The notes under the pieces were generated by a model. It had not been told where the DNA came from. It saw only the letters and a program-made list of their open reading frames with translations, and searched no databases. The position numbers were made by a program, and so were the translations under genes. Of a DNA stretch of 64,000 bases, positions 1 to 11,400 are shown one piece after another. Position 1 is the stretch's first letter, and each line of letters starts with the position of its first letter. Source of the DNA: a virus. The stretch covers positions 96,001 through 160,000 of the IMG/VR virus record IMGVR_UViG_3300037336_000025; one strand, given 5' to 3'.

Positions 1-1
1 T

Positions 2-919
2 ACTGATGTTAAAACTACAGTTTTAAATGTTACAGGTCAAGCACGTATTGATAATATCTTAATCAATGCAGACGGCTCGTTTGGATCATACACCGGTCCT
101 ATTATTATTTCTACTGCAATACCTAATTCAGTTATCTCAATGGGTAAGCTAAAAAGCGATTATTTAGAAATATATAATGGTCGAATTGATAGCATAGCTA
201 ATTCTAATATTAAATTTGACCCTAACGGCACTGGTCGAGTTGTAGCTGAATCAAATGTACAAACTTATGGTAATGTCACAGTACAAGGAACCGGTACTGG
301 TAATATTGTTATGGGAGGCAATTTACAAGCCGACGGCACTATTACAGTTGGTGACAACATATTAGATACTGTAACAGTTAACACTGATTTTACACAGAGC
401 ATTATTCCGGGAACTGATATTACTTATGATCTAGGTAAGAGCAATAAACGTTGGGCTGAACTATACTCGCCAGTTTGGCAACAGATAGATAATATACTTC
501 CGTCTACAGTTAGAGTTAGCGACCAGATGCTTATAAACGGAGTTGACAATAAGATTAGCGGTTTGCAATCTAATGAAGATGTACTACTAAACCCAGAGAC
601 TGGCGTTGTTTATATTGAAAACATTAAATGGCAAGAAAATGACATTACTAACTTGCTTAATACTGCATTAACATTTAGAAATAATGGAGGTATTGGATAT
701 GTAAAATTTGTTGGTACAAATGCGTTAGCAATCCCAGCAGGTGATAATGCTAGTCGCCCAGCTGTTCCTGAATTAGGCGATACTCGATGGAATACTGAGA
801 TAAGCTACCTAGAGTGTTTTGACGGTAATGTATATGTTATTGCTACTGGCGGTGGTGAAGAAGTTACTCAAGGTGTTATGGAAGATTTAGGTAACGTTTT
901 TAGCCTCATACTTGGCTAA
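2..919 (+). CDS. Fibre-like virion structural protein, 5' truncated by the window edge
   Basis: The frame is open from nt 2 through the ORF-track ATG at 140. Beta-repeat G/T/N/I-rich body; the C-terminal PAGDNASRP...GDTRWNT...LECFDG module is shared with the next gene. Confidence 0.65.
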   Translation, partial: TDVKTTVLNVTGQARIDNILINADGSFGSYTGPIIISTAIPNSVISMGKLKSDYLEIYNGRIDSIANSNIKFDPNGTGRVVAESNVQTYGNVTVQGTGTGNIVMGGNLQADGTITVGDNILDTVTVNTDFTQSIIPGTDITYDLGKSNKRWAELYSPVWQQIDNILPSTVRVSDQMLINGVDNKISGLQSNEDVLLNPETGVVYIENIKWQENDITNLLNTALTFRNNGGIGYVKFVGTNALAIPAGDNASRPAVPELGDTRWNTEISYLECFDGNVYVIATGGGEEVTQGVMEDLGNVFSLILG

Positions 920-933
920 AATGTCCTTTGGGC

Positions 934-939
934 TAAATA
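934..939 (+). promoter_or_regulatory. T4-type late promoter core TAAATA, followed by an about 100-nt leader
   Basis: TAAATA at 934-939; GGAG Shine-Dalgarno at 1032-1035; ATG at 1041. Confidence 0.55.
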
Positions 940-1040
940 CTATTACTGTAAAGACTGACCAAGTTTTTACGATACTCAACAGCGCAGGACCGCTATGTAA
1001 GGTGTCCGTATCCGTGTAAGTCGGTGGAAATGGAGAGCAC

Positions 1041-2093
1041 ATGGCTATTGGTCGAATTAGTGGTCCGCTCTTAAAGGCTAACCTCATCAGAGATGGTGTG
1101 GATCTTGCTTTTGAGACTGACCTGTTATACCTAGATGTTACTAACTCACGCATAGGCGTGAATAACTCCAATCCGACCACAGACCTAGATGTTATCGGTA
1201 CAACCCGTACTACAACACTTTCTGTAACCGACCAACTAGATGTAGGCAATTTACATATCACTGGCAATACAATTTCCAGTGATATCGATACTATTAGTTT
1301 TGTTGCCAGCGCAGGGAATCCTGTAATCTACAACGCAATTTTACAAGTTGATGATATACAGATTACTGGTAATGTAATATCTACTTTTGTTTCAAACAGT
1401 AATTTAGAACTTCAACCTAATGGGTCTGGCATTGTTGAAATTACTGGTAACACTCAAATCACTGGTAATTTAGATGTTGCTGGAAATATTTCAGCAACAG
1501 GTAACGTTACTATTGGCGGCAACATTGTAATTGGTGATGCACTAACTGATAACATTGTTATTAACGCTGCTATTAAAAGTGATTTAATTCCCGAAACTGA
1601 CACGCTATATGATTTAGGTAGCGCCTCTTTTAGATGGAATAATTTATACGTTAACAATTTCTACACAACTTCAGTTACATTACCTACACTAGATGTTGGT
1701 AATTTAATATTTCGTGATAATGAAATTACAACAACTTCCGGCAGCGATTTATACATAGATGGAAGTGGCGTCGGCGGCGTTAGATTAGGTAATTTTAGAA
1801 TTGTTGACAACGTTATTACAAACGTATCAAATAATGCAATTACTCAAATTGCGCAAACCGGAACCGGCTATTTTAAAATAGCAACCACTAACGGATTTGT
1901 ACCACCTGTAGGCAATGATGCTCAACGTCCAACTGCTTATGCAATAGCTGGTATGACACGGTATAACACGAACTCGAAAGCTCTTGAAATTTGGGACGGA
2001 TTTGCATGGGCTAGCCCAGCAGGCGCATCAGGTGCAGTTAGCGGTATCCAAGCAGAAGATATTGCAGTTTCGTTCGCACTAACATTAGGATAA
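1041..2093 (+). CDS. Fibre-like virion structural protein, paralog of the upstream gene
   Basis: Repeated xGNxxITGN beta motifs; C-terminal PPVGNDAQRP...GMTRYNT...LEIWDG module; both genes end in L-x-L-G. Confidence 0.65.
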   Translation: MAIGRISGPLLKANLIRDGVDLAFETDLLYLDVTNSRIGVNNSNPTTDLDVIGTTRTTTLSVTDQLDVGNLHITGNTISSDIDTISFVASAGNPVIYNAILQVDDIQITGNVISTFVSNSNLELQPNGSGIVEITGNTQITGNLDVAGNISATGNVTIGGNIVIGDALTDNIVINAAIKSDLIPETDTLYDLGSASFRWNNLYVNNFYTTSVTLPTLDVGNLIFRDNEITTTSGSDLYIDGSGVGGVRLGNFRIVDNVITNVSNNAITQIAQTGTGYFKIATTNGFVPPVGNDAQRPTAYAIAGMTRYNTNSKALEIWDGFAWASPAGASGAVSGIQAEDIAVSFALTLG

Positions 2094-2100
2094 TTATAAT

Positions 2101-2433
2101 ATGCCAACCGTATTTAGACATGCACTAGTAACAGAAATAGGAACTGTTCCTCAAGATCTAGTAACTATTGATGCAGGAGTTAGAGCAACTGTAATTGGTT
2201 GTAACCTTGCAAATATAACAGATTATGATACTGTTGTTGCTGACCTACAAGTTGTAGGAGCAGACACCACAGTAAGTTATTACATACGAGGATTAGTAAT
2301 TCCTCCAAATACTAGTGTTAAAGTAATTACACAGGGAGAAAAGTTAATTCTTCCGTCAACAACAGGGTTAAGATTAGTATGCGATACCCCTGACAGCATT
2401 GATGCTACGGTAAGTTACGTAGAGATATCATAA
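2101..2433 (+). CDS. Small beta-rich virion protein, probable paralog of 15844..16164
   Basis: 110 aa of alternating hydrophobic strands; similar size and layout to 15844..16164. Confidence 0.5.
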   Translation: MPTVFRHALVTEIGTVPQDLVTIDAGVRATVIGCNLANITDYDTVVADLQVVGADTTVSYYIRGLVIPPNTSVKVITQGEKLILPSTTGLRLVCDTPDSIDATVSYVEIS

Positions 2434-2443
2434 GGAAAAACTA

Positions 2444-2809
2444 ATGCCAAGCCCATATTATTTAGGTACCAGTCCAGATGAAGCCCTAGGAGATAGTCCT
2501 AGGTACTGGTACGCACTTCGTAGAAACGATGACGGTGAATTATTTTTACTGCGTAGTGATCAATTAAAAGATAAAGATTCGATTGAATTAAATACTGCAG
2601 GAATTCCTTCAGAAAATTTTGAAGATTTTGAACCTGGTGTTGATTATTTTGAAGGTGTTACTGCCGATCATGTAGTTGAGTATGACAATTTAAATTGGAC
2701 TCAGTATCGATGGGATAATAGAAATATGCTGTACTATATTGGTGCAGAAGGTCGATTAGTACAACGAATAAATCAAGGATACGTGTATCCAACAGGTACA
2801 TCAAGTTAA
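2444..2809 (+). CDS. Hypothetical protein in the structural operon
   Basis: 121-aa ORF with AAGGA Shine-Dalgarno, co-oriented with its neighbours. Confidence 0.6.
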   Translation: MPSPYYLGTSPDEALGDSPRYWYALRRNDDGELFLLRSDQLKDKDSIELNTAGIPSENFEDFEPGVDYFEGVTADHVVEYDNLNWTQYRWDNRNMLYYIGAEGRLVQRINQGYVYPTGTSS

Positions 2810-2821
2810 ACGGAATATATT

Positions 2822-5800
2822 ATGGCAGAATTTAAGATCAGTAGATTACGATATACCTGGAAAGGAACATGGGTTCTTTCAACTGAGTATAATAGAGATG
2901 ATGTAGTACAATACGGTGGTTATTCTTGGGTATGTTTTAGACAACATACTGCCGGGGCATTTGCTGCTGACCAAACATTTTTAGCAAATCCTAACGATAC
3001 AGATCCAACACCAGCATGGCGCAAAATGACCGACGGTTATGCGTGGCGTTCAGCTTGGACAGGATCTACGTTATATAACCCCGGCGACATCGTATTAAAC
3101 GGTGGTAACTTATATCTGTGTGCAGTTAGCTATACCTCAACTAGTATATTTGATGACGATATTAGTAATTGGATTGTGTACACTGAGGGTTCAGCATTTA
3201 AATCAGATTGGATTGATAGTACACGGTATGGTGCAGGCGATGTTGTAAAATACAATGGTATTGTGTATCGTGCTATTACTGGACATACTGCAAGCTCAAT
3301 TAGCGACGGATTAGAAGCAGATCAAGAAAAGTGGGAACTTGTTTACGACGGCGTAGAATATGTAGGACAGTGGGCAAATGGCACTCGATATCGTAAAAAT
3401 GATCTAACAACATTTGGTGGAACATTATTCCGTTGTAAGAAAGGACATACTGCTGGCAGCGACTCAACTTTAAACTTTAATCAAGAAGAAAATTGGGAAA
3501 TTGAATTTCCAGGATTTCAGTTTAGTAACGAGTGGAACACTACTACGGTATATCAAGTCGGTGACTTGGTTAAACATGGTGGGTACTTATTTTATAGTTT
3601 AACTAATAATTACGGTAGCAATCCAAGTAACAGCATCTATCAATTAGAAGATAGAGTTGATGCAATAGATTGGCAAATTGCAGCTAAGAATATTAATTTT
3701 AGAGGCGACTGGAGCGTTACTGGATTATATAAAACAGGCGACCTAGTCCGCCGAGGCGGAAACACTTATAGTGCATTACTAGATACAACAGCCGACGGCA
3801 GTAGTCTAGATTATCTAGACGATACAAACTGGGAACTTATTACTGTTGGCCAAAACTGGCGTAATTTTTGGGCTGACGGCAATCGCTATTCTCCTAACGA
3901 TCTAGTAATTTTTCTAGGAAGCACATATAAATCGATAACTGAGCATGTGTCAACGGATCAGAATTATCCTGGAGATAACGGCTCAGGATATTTCTACTGG
4001 GAGTTAGTACTATTAGCTGGTTCTGAATCAGGTCTTAGACTTCGAGGAGATTTATTAACTTATGATCTTAGTCGTGGCGCAGCAGGCGACGGCAGTACAT
4101 TTGGCGCAGCAGCAGTTAATATTGGAACTCCTGGACAGGTAGTTGCTATTAACAATACAGATAGTGTTATCTATAAAACCTTCGGACAAGCTAACAGAGT
4201 TGTTTACGTAAATATCAATGGCACTGATGATACCTCTGATCCACAACAAGGAAACAGTCAATTTAAACCATGGCGCACAATTAGATTTGCCTGTGATCAA
4301 CTAGACGACGGATTTGCCGGAACATCTACAGTAAAAGTTGGCGCTGGCACATACGATGAAATTTTGCCAATAAGTGTCCCTGCAAGAACAGTGGTGTTAG
4401 GCTCAGAGTTAAGAACTACTGTGATAAATGCCGCTGGACCGATTGCATCATTGGCATTAGATAGTGCTTACACTATTGCAGCGTTAACTAGAATTTCACA
4501 AGTAATTGAAGGAGTAATTGGAGGTACAGAATTAATACCGCCAAAAACTGTTGGAAATTTAAAAGATCAAGTAATATTAACTGAAACAGTTTCAGAAACA
4601 GTTATAGATGAGTATGGTATTTCTATAACATCAACTTCTACAGGGGTGGTAGTAGCTGATCAACAAGCCGCAACTGATATTCAACTATTAATTTTAGATA
4701 TTAAAAATTATATTAATTTTTATGTTAATTCAACTGGAATTGATCCGATATTAGTCGGTAGTAACGTTGCGATTACATCAGCTGGATACGTAAATGCTGT
4801 GCGTATTCTCGAAGCTAACAGACAGTTCATAATTGCTGAAGCTGTTGCATTTATTGAATTTACTCACCCAGACTACAATTTTGATAGCGAGCTAGTTAAA
4901 GCAGACTTAAGTAGATACGTTGATGCATGGAAGTATGACATTATCTATACTGGTAATTATAAATCAAAATTAGCAGCAAGATGCTATCGTAATTCGGTAT
5001 TAGGCTCAGCAACTGAAGATATGTTTTACTGCCGCGATACTACTGGAGTTAGAAACTGTACATTAACAGGGTTAGCTGGAGTCTTAAATCCGTTAGGAGT
5101 GGCTGATATTTTTAGAGTGCCCACTGCTGGAGCATATATATCATTAGATCCAGGCTGGGGTCCAGCTGATAATCGTACTTGGATTATTAATCGTTCTCCT
5201 TATATTCAAGGAGTTACTACATTTGGTACTGGATGTACTGGGCAAAAGATCGACGGTAACTTACATAATGGCGGAAATAGATCTATTGTATCTAACGACT
5301 TTACACAAGTAATCAGTGATGGTATTGGTGCATGGGTTACGAATAATGGTAGAGCAGAGCTTGTATCTGTTTTCTCGTATTATGCACACATTGGCTACTT
5401 AACTCAAAACGGCGGAATTATTCGTGCAACTAACGGTAACAGTTCATACGGTACGTTTGGAGCCATTGCATCTGGAGTTGACCTAACAGAAGTACCTGTA
5501 GCAGCAGCAGTTGGTACTAGAGCCAACGAGGCAATTATATCATCGGCGTTTGCCGGCGACTTCGTTGATGAGATTCAAATATTTGAGTGGACTAATGCTG
5601 GACAAGATTATACACAAGCAACTGCTACCTTTGTAGGAGCTGGAGTAGACGCTGAAGTATTATTTGAAGAATTTAGAGATGACGCAGTGTTTGAAGCACG
5701 TCGTTTAGATGTCAGTGAGACTATCACACAGGATATCGGCGGCGGCGGCTACATCATTGTTCAGAACAACGCACAAACAGGAAACGCAACAACTATCACT

Positions 5801-8401
5801 CTAGCAACTAATGATCCAAACGCACAATCTAATTATCTAGGCATGAGAATTGTGTTAACTAGCGGACCAGGTACTGGACAATATGGTTACGTAACAGCTT
5901 ACAATAATACAAGTAAAGTTCTCACAGTTTATAGAGAAAGTGACGATCAGCCCGGCTGGGATCATGTTGTTCCGGGAAAGCCAGCAACTATACCGTTAAC
6001 TACTGGAACTACATATCGAATAGAGCCAAGAATTATCTTTGCAGCTCCTCAGTACATTGCTGCTGAAGTTACTACTCCTGTTAGTACTACTTGGACTGAT
6101 ATTGCCTACGGTGAAACTACTGAAACATATACAGAGTTAACAGCCGGTACAGGCACTGGCGGTGTCGATGGTAGTGATGGCCTAGTAGTAACTGCCGCAA
6201 CTTTTACTATTACTAAAATTGGAAGAGATTACACTGTTGATATTGCAACGGCAGGTTCAGGGTACCTTGTTGGCGACCAGTTAATAATTACTGGAGAAAA
6301 AATCGGCGGAGAAACTCCATTAAACGATTTGTTACTTGTAGTAACTTCTACTAGTGATGACAGCACTAACTCAATTTTAGCTATTGATCAGAGAACATTC
6401 GGAGCAGGAAACGGCATCGAAGCATCAAGCGGTAAATTTGTTGTTATCTCGTCAGGCGGAACAGCAGGCCTTTATAGCGGCGACGGAGACACATGGGAAT
6501 CATTTACTTTACCTACTGCGGGAGACTGGAAATGTACAGCCGCAGGCGATAACAAATTTGTAGCCATCCGTACAGGAAGTAATGCCGCAGCTAGTTCATT
6601 GGACGGAATAACATGGACTGCTAGAACGATGCCAGCAAGTAGGCTTTGGAACTCAGTTGTTTACGGTAACGGTATATTTGTTGCAGTTGCTGGTGATTTA
6701 GATGCAGGAGCTATTAGTACTAACGGAACTACTTGGACATCAACTAATTTACCAGAATTTGGCGACTCAAGTTTTAGCGAATGGGTTGACATAGCCTACG
6801 GCGCAAGAAAATTTGTAGCATTGTCAAATAGTGGAAACTATGTTGGAATTGGAGTATATAACAGTGAAGACGGTATTATTACATGGACTCCTCGCACAAT
6901 GGATGTTATTGCTGACTCATCTAACAAGTCTTGGCAAAGTATTGCATATGGCAATAATAGATTTGTGGCAATATCATCTACTGGTGACGTCGGATACAGC
7001 TTTGATGGAGTAGAATGGTATCCAGGAACGATGCCAAGTCAGGACGGATCAACTTCACACAATTGGAAGAAAATTAGATACGCCCAAGGCGTATTCTTTG
7101 CTATTGGCGATACTGGAGCACGATTAGTCGGCGCTGATGCTACTGCAGGACCTACAACTTTCGCAGCAACATCATTCGACGGCATAGTTTGGACTAACAG
7201 AGAATTAGCATCAGAGCAATCATGGGAAGCAGTTGGCTTTGGAAATCCTTACATTGCGTCAAGAGACTCGTCTATAGGAAAACGTTCACCAATGTGGGTA
7301 GTAGTTCCTGCGGCTACTGATAAATTTAACAAAGTGTTAACAGGAGCTAGAGCGTTAGGAAGAGCAACTGTTGTAGCAGGTAAAATATCAGAGATTAGAT
7401 TATGGGATCCGGGATCAGGCTATCTTGATGGTCCTGCGATTACGCTAATTGATCCAAATAATACATCTGATGTGCTACTTGAAAGTAGAGTCGGAGACGG
7501 AGTATTACCTAATCCAACATGGATTAACCGAGGGTTGGGATATCGTACTAATTCTACTAAAATTACAATAGCTGGAAATGGATTCGCTGACCTTATTCCG
7601 TCCGGTAAATTTATTGTTATAAACGAGTTGGAAAATTATCCAGGACCTGGCGCACAGCTAACTATTGCTGGTCTCGAGGGTATTTTCACATTAGTTGCAA
7701 TTACACCAATTGGGCAAACTGATCAAGGACTTGCTGCAAGGATTCGAATTAGTCCGGAAATTACAGTTAGAGATAACCTACAACACAAGACTCAGGTATC
7801 CATTAGATCACGATATAGCCAATGTCGAATTACTGGACACGACTTTTTAGACGTCGGAACTGGCAATTTTCAAGAAACTAATTACCCACTATTATATTCA
7901 GGATTTTATACACCTTCTCCAGAAAACGAAATTGTTGAAATAGGCGGTGGCCGCGTATTCTATACAAGTACTGATCAATCAGGTAATTTTAGAACAGGCG
8001 AATTATTTGCTGTAGAACAGGCAACTGGTACTGTTACAATTAGTGCAGACTTCTTTGACTTTAGCGGATTGACAGAATTGACCTTGGGTGGTATTAGAGT
8101 AGGAGGTACTGGAGCAGTAGTTAGGGAATTTTCAACAGATCCGTTATTTACTGCAGATTCTAATAATGTAGTTCCTACACAACGAGCAATTCGTGCGTAC
8201 TTGGCAGGAAGATTAAGTATTGGTGGATCAGAAATTGCAGTGGGAAGTTTTATTGCAGGTACAGTACTAGTAGGTCCAGATAAAATGGGAAATACTGCTG
8301 GGTCAAAAATAATCTTTCCTAAACTCGCAAAATTTGAAGGCGAGTTTGCAGGCGTCAGCGGCAGTATACTAGCACAAACTATGTTTTATAAATCATTCTA
8401 A
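2822..8401 (+). CDS. Giant multidomain virion protein (1859 aa): CBM5/12-like repeats, beta-helix-like region, propeller-like repeats
   Basis: N-terminal W-x4-Y-x2-[GN]D-x-V repeats; YVNINGTDD...KPWRTIRFA and GAGTYDE motifs; SxDGxTW / IAYGxxxFVA repeats; C-terminal RITGHDFLDVGTG block shared with the next gene. Confidence 0.7.
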   Translation: MAEFKISRLRYTWKGTWVLSTEYNRDDVVQYGGYSWVCFRQHTAGAFAADQTFLANPNDTDPTPAWRKMTDGYAWRSAWTGSTLYNPGDIVLNGGNLYLCAVSYTSTSIFDDDISNWIVYTEGSAFKSDWIDSTRYGAGDVVKYNGIVYRAITGHTASSISDGLEADQEKWELVYDGVEYVGQWANGTRYRKNDLTTFGGTLFRCKKGHTAGSDSTLNFNQEENWEIEFPGFQFSNEWNTTTVYQVGDLVKHGGYLFYSLTNNYGSNPSNSIYQLEDRVDAIDWQIAAKNINFRGDWSVTGLYKTGDLVRRGGNTYSALLDTTADGSSLDYLDDTNWELITVGQNWRNFWADGNRYSPNDLVIFLGSTYKSITEHVSTDQNYPGDNGSGYFYWELVLLAGSESGLRLRGDLLTYDLSRGAAGDGSTFGAAAVNIGTPGQVVAINNTDSVIYKTFGQANRVVYVNINGTDDTSDPQQGNSQFKPWRTIRFACDQLDDGFAGTSTVKVGAGTYDEILPISVPARTVVLGSELRTTVINAAGPIASLALDSAYTIAALTRISQVIEGVIGGTELIPPKTVGNLKDQVILTETVSETVIDEYGISITSTSTGVVVADQQAATDIQLLILDIKNYINFYVNSTGIDPILVGSNVAITSAGYVNAVRILEANRQFIIAEAVAFIEFTHPDYNFDSELVKADLSRYVDAWKYDIIYTGNYKSKLAARCYRNSVLGSATEDMFYCRDTTGVRNCTLTGLAGVLNPLGVADIFRVPTAGAYISLDPGWGPADNRTWIINRSPYIQGVTTFGTGCTGQKIDGNLHNGGNRSIVSNDFTQVISDGIGAWVTNNGRAELVSVFSYYAHIGYLTQNGGIIRATNGNSSYGTFGAIASGVDLTEVPVAAAVGTRANEAIISSAFAGDFVDEIQIFEWTNAGQDYTQATATFVGAGVDAEVLFEEFRDDAVFEARRLDVSETITQDIGGGGYIIVQNNAQTGNATTITLATNDPNAQSNYLGMRIVLTSGPGTGQYGYVTAYNNTSKVLTVYRESDDQPGWDHVVPGKPATIPLTTGTTYRIEPRIIFAAPQYIAAEVTTPVSTTWTDIAYGETTETYTELTAGTGTGGVDGSDGLVVTAATFTITKIGRDYTVDIATAGSGYLVGDQLIITGEKIGGETPLNDLLLVVTSTSDDSTNSILAIDQRTFGAGNGIEASSGKFVVISSGGTAGLYSGDGDTWESFTLPTAGDWKCTAAGDNKFVAIRTGSNAAASSLDGITWTARTMPASRLWNSVVYGNGIFVAVAGDLDAGAISTNGTTWTSTNLPEFGDSSFSEWVDIAYGARKFVALSNSGNYVGIGVYNSEDGIITWTPRTMDVIADSSNKSWQSIAYGNNRFVAISSTGDVGYSFDGVEWYPGTMPSQDGSTSHNWKKIRYAQGVFFAIGDTGARLVGADATAGPTTFAATSFDGIVWTNRELASEQSWEAVGFGNPYIASRDSSIGKRSPMWVVVPAATDKFNKVLTGARALGRATVVAGKISEIRLWDPGSGYLDGPAITLIDPNNTSDVLLESRVGDGVLPNPTWINRGLGYRTNSTKITIAGNGFADLIPSGKFIVINELENYPGPGAQLTIAGLEGIFTLVAITPIGQTDQGLAARIRISPEITVRDNLQHKTQVSIRSRYSQCRITGHDFLDVGTGNFQETNYPLLYSGFYTPSPENEIVEIGGGRVFYTSTDQSGNFRTGELFAVEQATGTVTISADFFDFSGLTELTLGGIRVGGTGAVVREFSTDPLFTADSNNVVPTQRAIRAYLAGRLSIGGSEIAVGSFIAGTVLVGPDKMGNTAGSKIIFPKLAKFEGEFAGVSGSILAQTMFYKSF

Positions 8402-8446
8402 ACAATAGTAATAACAGATACATAAATATAAGATACGGAGTAGAAA

Positions 8447-11400
8447 ATGGCAGAATTTAAATTAGGTAGAATTAGATTTGTATGGAAAGATGTATGGATC
8501 ACCGGTACAACATATTATGTTGACGATGTAGTTAGAAACGGCGGCAAAACCTATATTTGTACTGTAGGACACACAGCCGCTGCCGACTTCTATACCAATC
8601 TTGATTACAATCCAACAAAATGGAATCAAATGACAGACGGTCAAGAATGGAAAAGTGACTGGACTGTAGGTACATTTTATAAAGATAACGATGTTGTAAA
8701 ATACGGAGCTCTTTTATATATCTGTACAAATTCTCACACATCGGCTGCTACCTTAGCACTAGGGCTTGAAGCTAATTTGCCAGGCAATTGGGATGTATTT
8801 GCTGAAGGTACCGAGTGGAAAAACACCTGGACAATTAGTACTCGATACAAAATCGGCGATCTAGTTAGAACCGGCGCATACACATATGTTTGTAAGACCG
8901 GACATACTTCAGCAGCTACTGAACTATTAGGATTAGAAGCCAACGCCGCAAATTGGGACGAGTTTAACGCCGGATTAGAATATAAAGGCGCATGGAGTGG
9001 AAGCTCAGTACTTTACAAACTTAACGATATTGTTAAACAAGGTGCAGGATTATGGATTTGTGTAGATAAACACACTTCTACTACTAACTTCATTACTGAT
9101 AGTTCCGCGTACTGGAGTCAGTTTGTTGAGGGTGTACAATTTGAAGATAATTGGAACAGTTCAACAGTCTACCAGATAGGTGATATTGTACGTTACGGCG
9201 GCAATCAATATATTGCAATAACTAACCATTTCAATGCAACGCCTAGTACAAGTACTGCTATCTGGTCATTATTTAGTGAAGGCATTACGTTCGAATCAGA
9301 ATGGAGTAGTGCAACTGCCTATCGTGTCGGTAATGTAATTAGCCAACGCGGATACACATATATTGCCACCGCAGACAGTACAAATCAAGAACCGCCAAAC
9401 TTAACATACTGGCAAAAACTTAATTCTGGTATTTCATGGCAAGCCGAGTGGGTAGATGATGTTATATACAAATTGGGAGATGCAGTCCGTTACGGATCAA
9501 ATGCTTATATCTGTGTATTGGGTCATAAATCTGAAGCAGACGATGGATCAACTATTGGCAATGATCCACAAGGCGGCGGCAATGTAAACAGCCGTCCAGA
9601 CCAAGATATTAGTGGTACGTACTGGAATCTGTTATCTATCGGTACAGAAGTATCTGTATTAACTACTCGTGGCGATTTAGTGTACTTTGGCGGAGCAGGC
9701 CCAACTAGGTTACCAATTGGTACTGAAGGACAAGTTTTACGTGCAGGAGCAGACGATCCAGAATGGGTGTCATTAGGTGCTGCTGACCAAGTGTATTATG
9801 TTGCACCACATGGTTCCGACGCACCAAGTCCAGTACAAGGCAAAACTTTAGATAAGCCGTTTAAAACAATCCGATACGCATGTGAGCAAGTTGAAAACGG
9901 ACCACGTAACCCTAGCGCACAACGACTATTAGAACTGAACCGCGTGTTTATTCAACGTGAAGTTACTAGCTGGATTGACTATCAAGTTGCAAATGCAACT
10001 TCTGGCAGCATTTGGGAAAACTTTGTATACGAAGATGCCAAGTGCGCAAGAGATACTGGGTTCGTTGTTGACAGACTACAGTGGGATATTGGGCATGGAG
10101 GCAATTTAAAGATTAGAGCAGCAGCTCAATCTTTGCTAGGACTTTTAGTCGATGGACCATTTTCAGTAGCCGAAGAAGATGCACCATATTCTACATTATC
10201 GTCAGAAACAGCTCAAGGAATCGCAGCATATAATTATCTGCTAGTGGTTGTTGCAGCAGTGTTAGCTAACCAAGCACCTGCAGTTGCATATCAAAATGTA
10301 ACAGATGATTCTACAGCAATTGCTGGACAATTTATTGATATTACATTAGTTGCAGAAGCAGGAGTACTAACAACTATTACTTTACTAGTGGCCATTATTA
10401 CCGATGCACTAGCTAATCCTACACAAGTTGGACCGTTACCTACAATTCCTGCAAGATACGTACCGTTCACATTAATTAATGTAGCAACTGGGCAGTATCG
10501 TGAAACATTGCCAATTATTGTACCAGCAAACACTTGTATACAAGGTGACGAACTACGTTCTACTAATGCTGGTCCAGCAGGCAGCTTAGTTGATATTTCA
10601 GATAGCTACTACAGCCTTAGCTCTCTGGCACACATTAGTGGATTTATTGGCAATATTGTTACAGGCAGCACAGTCACACCGACAACCGGAAACATTGTAG
10701 CACAAAGCGCAAATTGGCCATTCGCTGATGTAGCAGAAAATGTTGCCGTTACTCAATTAGTTGACGTAATTAAGTTGCAAAGTGATTATCGCTTAGGCAC
10801 ATTGCATACTACAAATCTTATAGATCCTGTGGGCTACAATGCCGGCTATCTAGCAGGATATGGTAATGCTAGAAAATTAATTAAAGAAAACAAAAAGTTC
10901 TTGCAAGAAGAAGTAATTACGTATCTTAAAAATTCATACAGTTCTCTAGCATTTACTGGATCAATTGCTGGAAATGTGTTAACTGTTACTTCAGTTGAAA
11001 GTGGCGTGGTTACTAATGATGCATTAATTCACGGTCGAAGTGTAATTCAAGGCACACGTATCGATAAACAACTTTCAGGCGCTACTGGTGAAATTGGTAC
11101 ATACGAAGTAAGTAAGTTTCAAACAGTGACATCTACTATAATTAAAGCTGATACAAAATATAGTAGAACTGCTAATCGAAGAGATACTGGGTATGCAATT
11201 GATGCCGTGATATATGACTTAACTTACGGCGGAAACTCTCAAAGTGTTACTGCTGGTCTAGCATATTTTGATGGCGACAGTGCTGACAGTACTATTGCTA
11301 AATCAATACTTTCTGCATCATTTAAACCAGCAACACTTGCCGGACTTGCATTTTTAAAAACTAGAATGCAGGCAGTTGCACTCGGTAGCGCATTTACTCC

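Noticed and set aside
948-1030. Hammerhead ribozyme (CTGACCA ... GAAA)
   Set aside because: The core deviates from CUGANGA and the required three-stem junction cannot be formed.
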